Assembly: GCA_051294375.1 (NCBI GenBank)
Contig: CM119270.1
Coordinates: 12,461,676 to 12,525,675, forward strand
DNA from: Paraspadella gotoi
Taxonomy: Eukaryota > Animalia > Chaetognatha
Length of the DNA stretch: 64,000 nt
Direction of reading: 5' to 3'
Position numbers and translations under genes: made by a program. Shown one piece after another: positions 58,169 through 64,000 of this stretch (position 1 is the stretch's first letter; every line of letters begins with the position of its first letter). Below the pieces are notes generated by a model. The model was not told where the DNA came from and did not search any database. It was given only the letters and a program-made list of their open reading frames with translations.

Positions 58169-59489
58169 CTGCTGAACGGTTGGTGGATTTTAGTCCACCA
58201 TAAACTTTACCTTTGAAATATATTTTTCACAGGGAAAAGAACAATTTAATTGACGACGAATTAGAATTCTTTCATCACTTTTTGTTGTTGTTGTAGTTGT
58301 TTTAAAATTAATTCCATTTAAACTTAAAATATAAATATTTTTTTCTCCAAACAGTGGATTTATGGGCCACCAAAATTTTGATATAAATGTGACATTATTC
58401 TTTCCATTTCGAACTCCATAGAGACTCATATAAAAAAGAAAAAAATAAATTCAATAAAAATAATATTGAAAAACTGATCTGACTTTTATTTTCACAGAAA
58501 ATATCGAAAAGGCATAAAAAATTTTAAAGCGGTTACCATTTATAAGTTCCACTTTCCCAATTTTATTAATATTTAAATTTTCTTTTTTTAACACCTGCTT
58601 TAAAATACCTACCAATGTGATCTTGGATTCGTTGTGTAGTGTCAATTCGAGCAAACAAAAATACTTTCATTATAGTTTTTATAGTAGGCTACTTAGGCAT
58701 TCAATACATAAAGGTTTTCAAAGAAAAATATATCTTTTCTTGTTTTTGTTTGTCCTTCATGTTGGCAATGGTAAAAGGCAAAGTTCTTCGTCAAAGGTTA
58801 AAAACATCGAAAATCAGAAATCAATATTTGTACGCCGGGCACCAGGGCGTTAAAGTCATTCTCAATAATTAATTATTAATTAATTATCGATCTTATAAAA
58901 ATGTTATAAAAATGTTATATTAATCTGCTACATTCATTTAGAGGTTCAAAGATAATTTGTGCGTTTAATAGTTCAGAAAAAAATATCATTATGGTTATAT
59001 GGCCGTGTCTACGAAAAGCCTTTGGTCAAGAAATGAACTGAATCTCCTGATTATTCAAATATGAATGATAATTTTTTTATACCATCACACTTACTTAAAT
59101 GATACTTTGGTCTATATCACAAAGAGTATATATATCTATATCACAATGGGGTAAATAAAACCTATAAAACCTATAAATTTGATACAGCAAAGATAATTTT
59201 TAAGCAATTTTTATCTTCAAAAATCTTGTCCATTTTTGTCCATTTTGAGTTTTGGCACTAATTTTCAAGGAGAAGATAAAGAAAAATTTTTTACTACGCT
59301 TCTGGGTTATAGTCAAATTCTTAATCCATTTTGTTTTTTTGAAGCTAAAAGTTTCTTTTCCCTTCTTTTTTTCCAAATTCCTCCATTTTGTTTCCCGACA
59401 GTAAATAAGTACGTCGCCCAAAAGTGTAGAAACAAACATTATTCCGCCTCACAAACAGTATTCCGCGACTTAAACAGTATTCCTCCACA

Positions 59490-59601
<112 letters not shown>

Positions 59602-60857
59602 CTCCCGCGACTTCCGGTCTAAAACGCCTCCTCCTCTTTTTCCTTTATAAAACAGTGACTCTGTCCTTGATCTAATTCACACGAAGCTTTTCACCCGAAA
59701 GGACCTCACTCCCGATCAAGTCTCACCGATTTGATCTCTTCCCTATCTCTTCTCCTCCCAAAAATTCACCCTCCTCCCGAAACGTCTTCAACCTCCTCTT
59801 CCTCCTTCTCCTCTTCCTTTCGCACGCTCCCTCGCGTTTCTTCCTTCTCCGTCGTCGTCGTCGTCGTCGTCAACGTCGATTGCATCACCGACGAAAGGAG
59901 GAACTGACTACGTGACTAGGAAATCAGTCAACGAAAGCGGCGACGACAAGAACGACGACGACGACGACAATAAAGACGACGACGGCTTCTCGCGTTAGAG
60001 CGCCATCCGATAGCATCAGAGAGTCGCAACTGCGGGTCACAACCGGGGAAAACGCCGCCGTCGCCGCCGCCGACGCAGCCGCCCGCTGATGACGACGACG
60101 GATCGAAGCGTGACGTCGACAACAACGGATATTATTAATGAGATGGCGTGATCGAATTTGTCTTAATGGCCAAATAAAAACAGCCGACGGGGGACGCATC
60201 CTTTCCCTCGATGGGAGGGAATATAAGTCGCGCTCGATAATCGTCGACGCTTGAATGTTATGATTTAAAAATTGAATATTGGATGATTAACTCGCTCATT
60301 AGCTGGTCTTATGTGGTTAATGAAGTTTTTTTTGAAAAATACACTCTTATTATTTCGTATCATATTCTTTCACGCGCTCTAAAATTTTAAAATGGTGTAC
60401 TTCAAATAAATAACAGATATTATGACATTGTCTTTTTATCATCGATGCATAAAACGACTTTTTTATTTCTTCCCGCGTCCAAGTGTTTTCATAATCTGAG
60501 ACATTTTTGCTTAACAAATCTATAAATAATCTTCTTCCAACTTTTTCCTTTTCTTTTATATTTCCCCTTCATCGCCGACCTTCGTTTTTCGTTAACAGTT
60601 TTACTTTTTTCTTCCCTCAGTGTAAAGTCTAGTTTTCGTAATCAATCTCCACTATATTGACATTGTCCTTTTTCCCGACAGATCTACGTCCCGAGATGTC
60701 AGCACTTTTTGAACTGTCGGTATCATTATATCAATACGTTCACTATCGTCTTCGTGACAGCATGATCATTATTGGAAACAAATGAGGTCAAAACGAATGA
60801 CGAAAATGTCAAAGTGACTTTCTTCCTCTTTTCAATATCACACCATCCGCCGCCGCG

Positions 60858-63997
<3,140 letters not shown>

Positions 63998-64000
63998 GTG

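Overview
This is eukaryotic (metazoan, probably invertebrate) nuclear DNA: AT-rich GT-AG introns, GC/CpG-rich exons, abundant (CT)n/(GAAA)n/(ACG)n microsatellites and six N-gaps. It holds three protein-coding genes. (1) A very large IQSEC/BRAG-family ArfGEF (IQ motif, Sec7, PH) on +, about 7.4-52.5 kb, about 31 exons. (2) A compact 4-exon ZDHHC3/7-like palmitoyltransferase on - (57046-55403). (3) The 5' part of a PRRT3/PRRT4-like multipass membrane protein on + (60858 to window end). The dominant structure is a triplication of a 9-10 kb internal IQSEC block: one inverted copy (about 16.2-25.8 kb) and two tandem direct copies (about 26.9-36.8 and 36.8-46.5 kb). The copies differ mainly by 1-bp indels, and 25-N gaps sit at or near their ends, so a long-read gap-filling or haplotype artefact is the leading explanation. 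One SINE presence/absence difference suggests two haplotypes. The best biological leads are: three terminal IQSEC exons open in all three frames, each reachable by a different splice choice; a PxIxIT calcineurin-docking motif and a Cys cluster in the PRRT3-like protein; and a phased CCAAT/CRE promoter cluster. No CRISPR, rRNA or intact tRNA was seen. All comparisons were made by eye, without alignment or database search.
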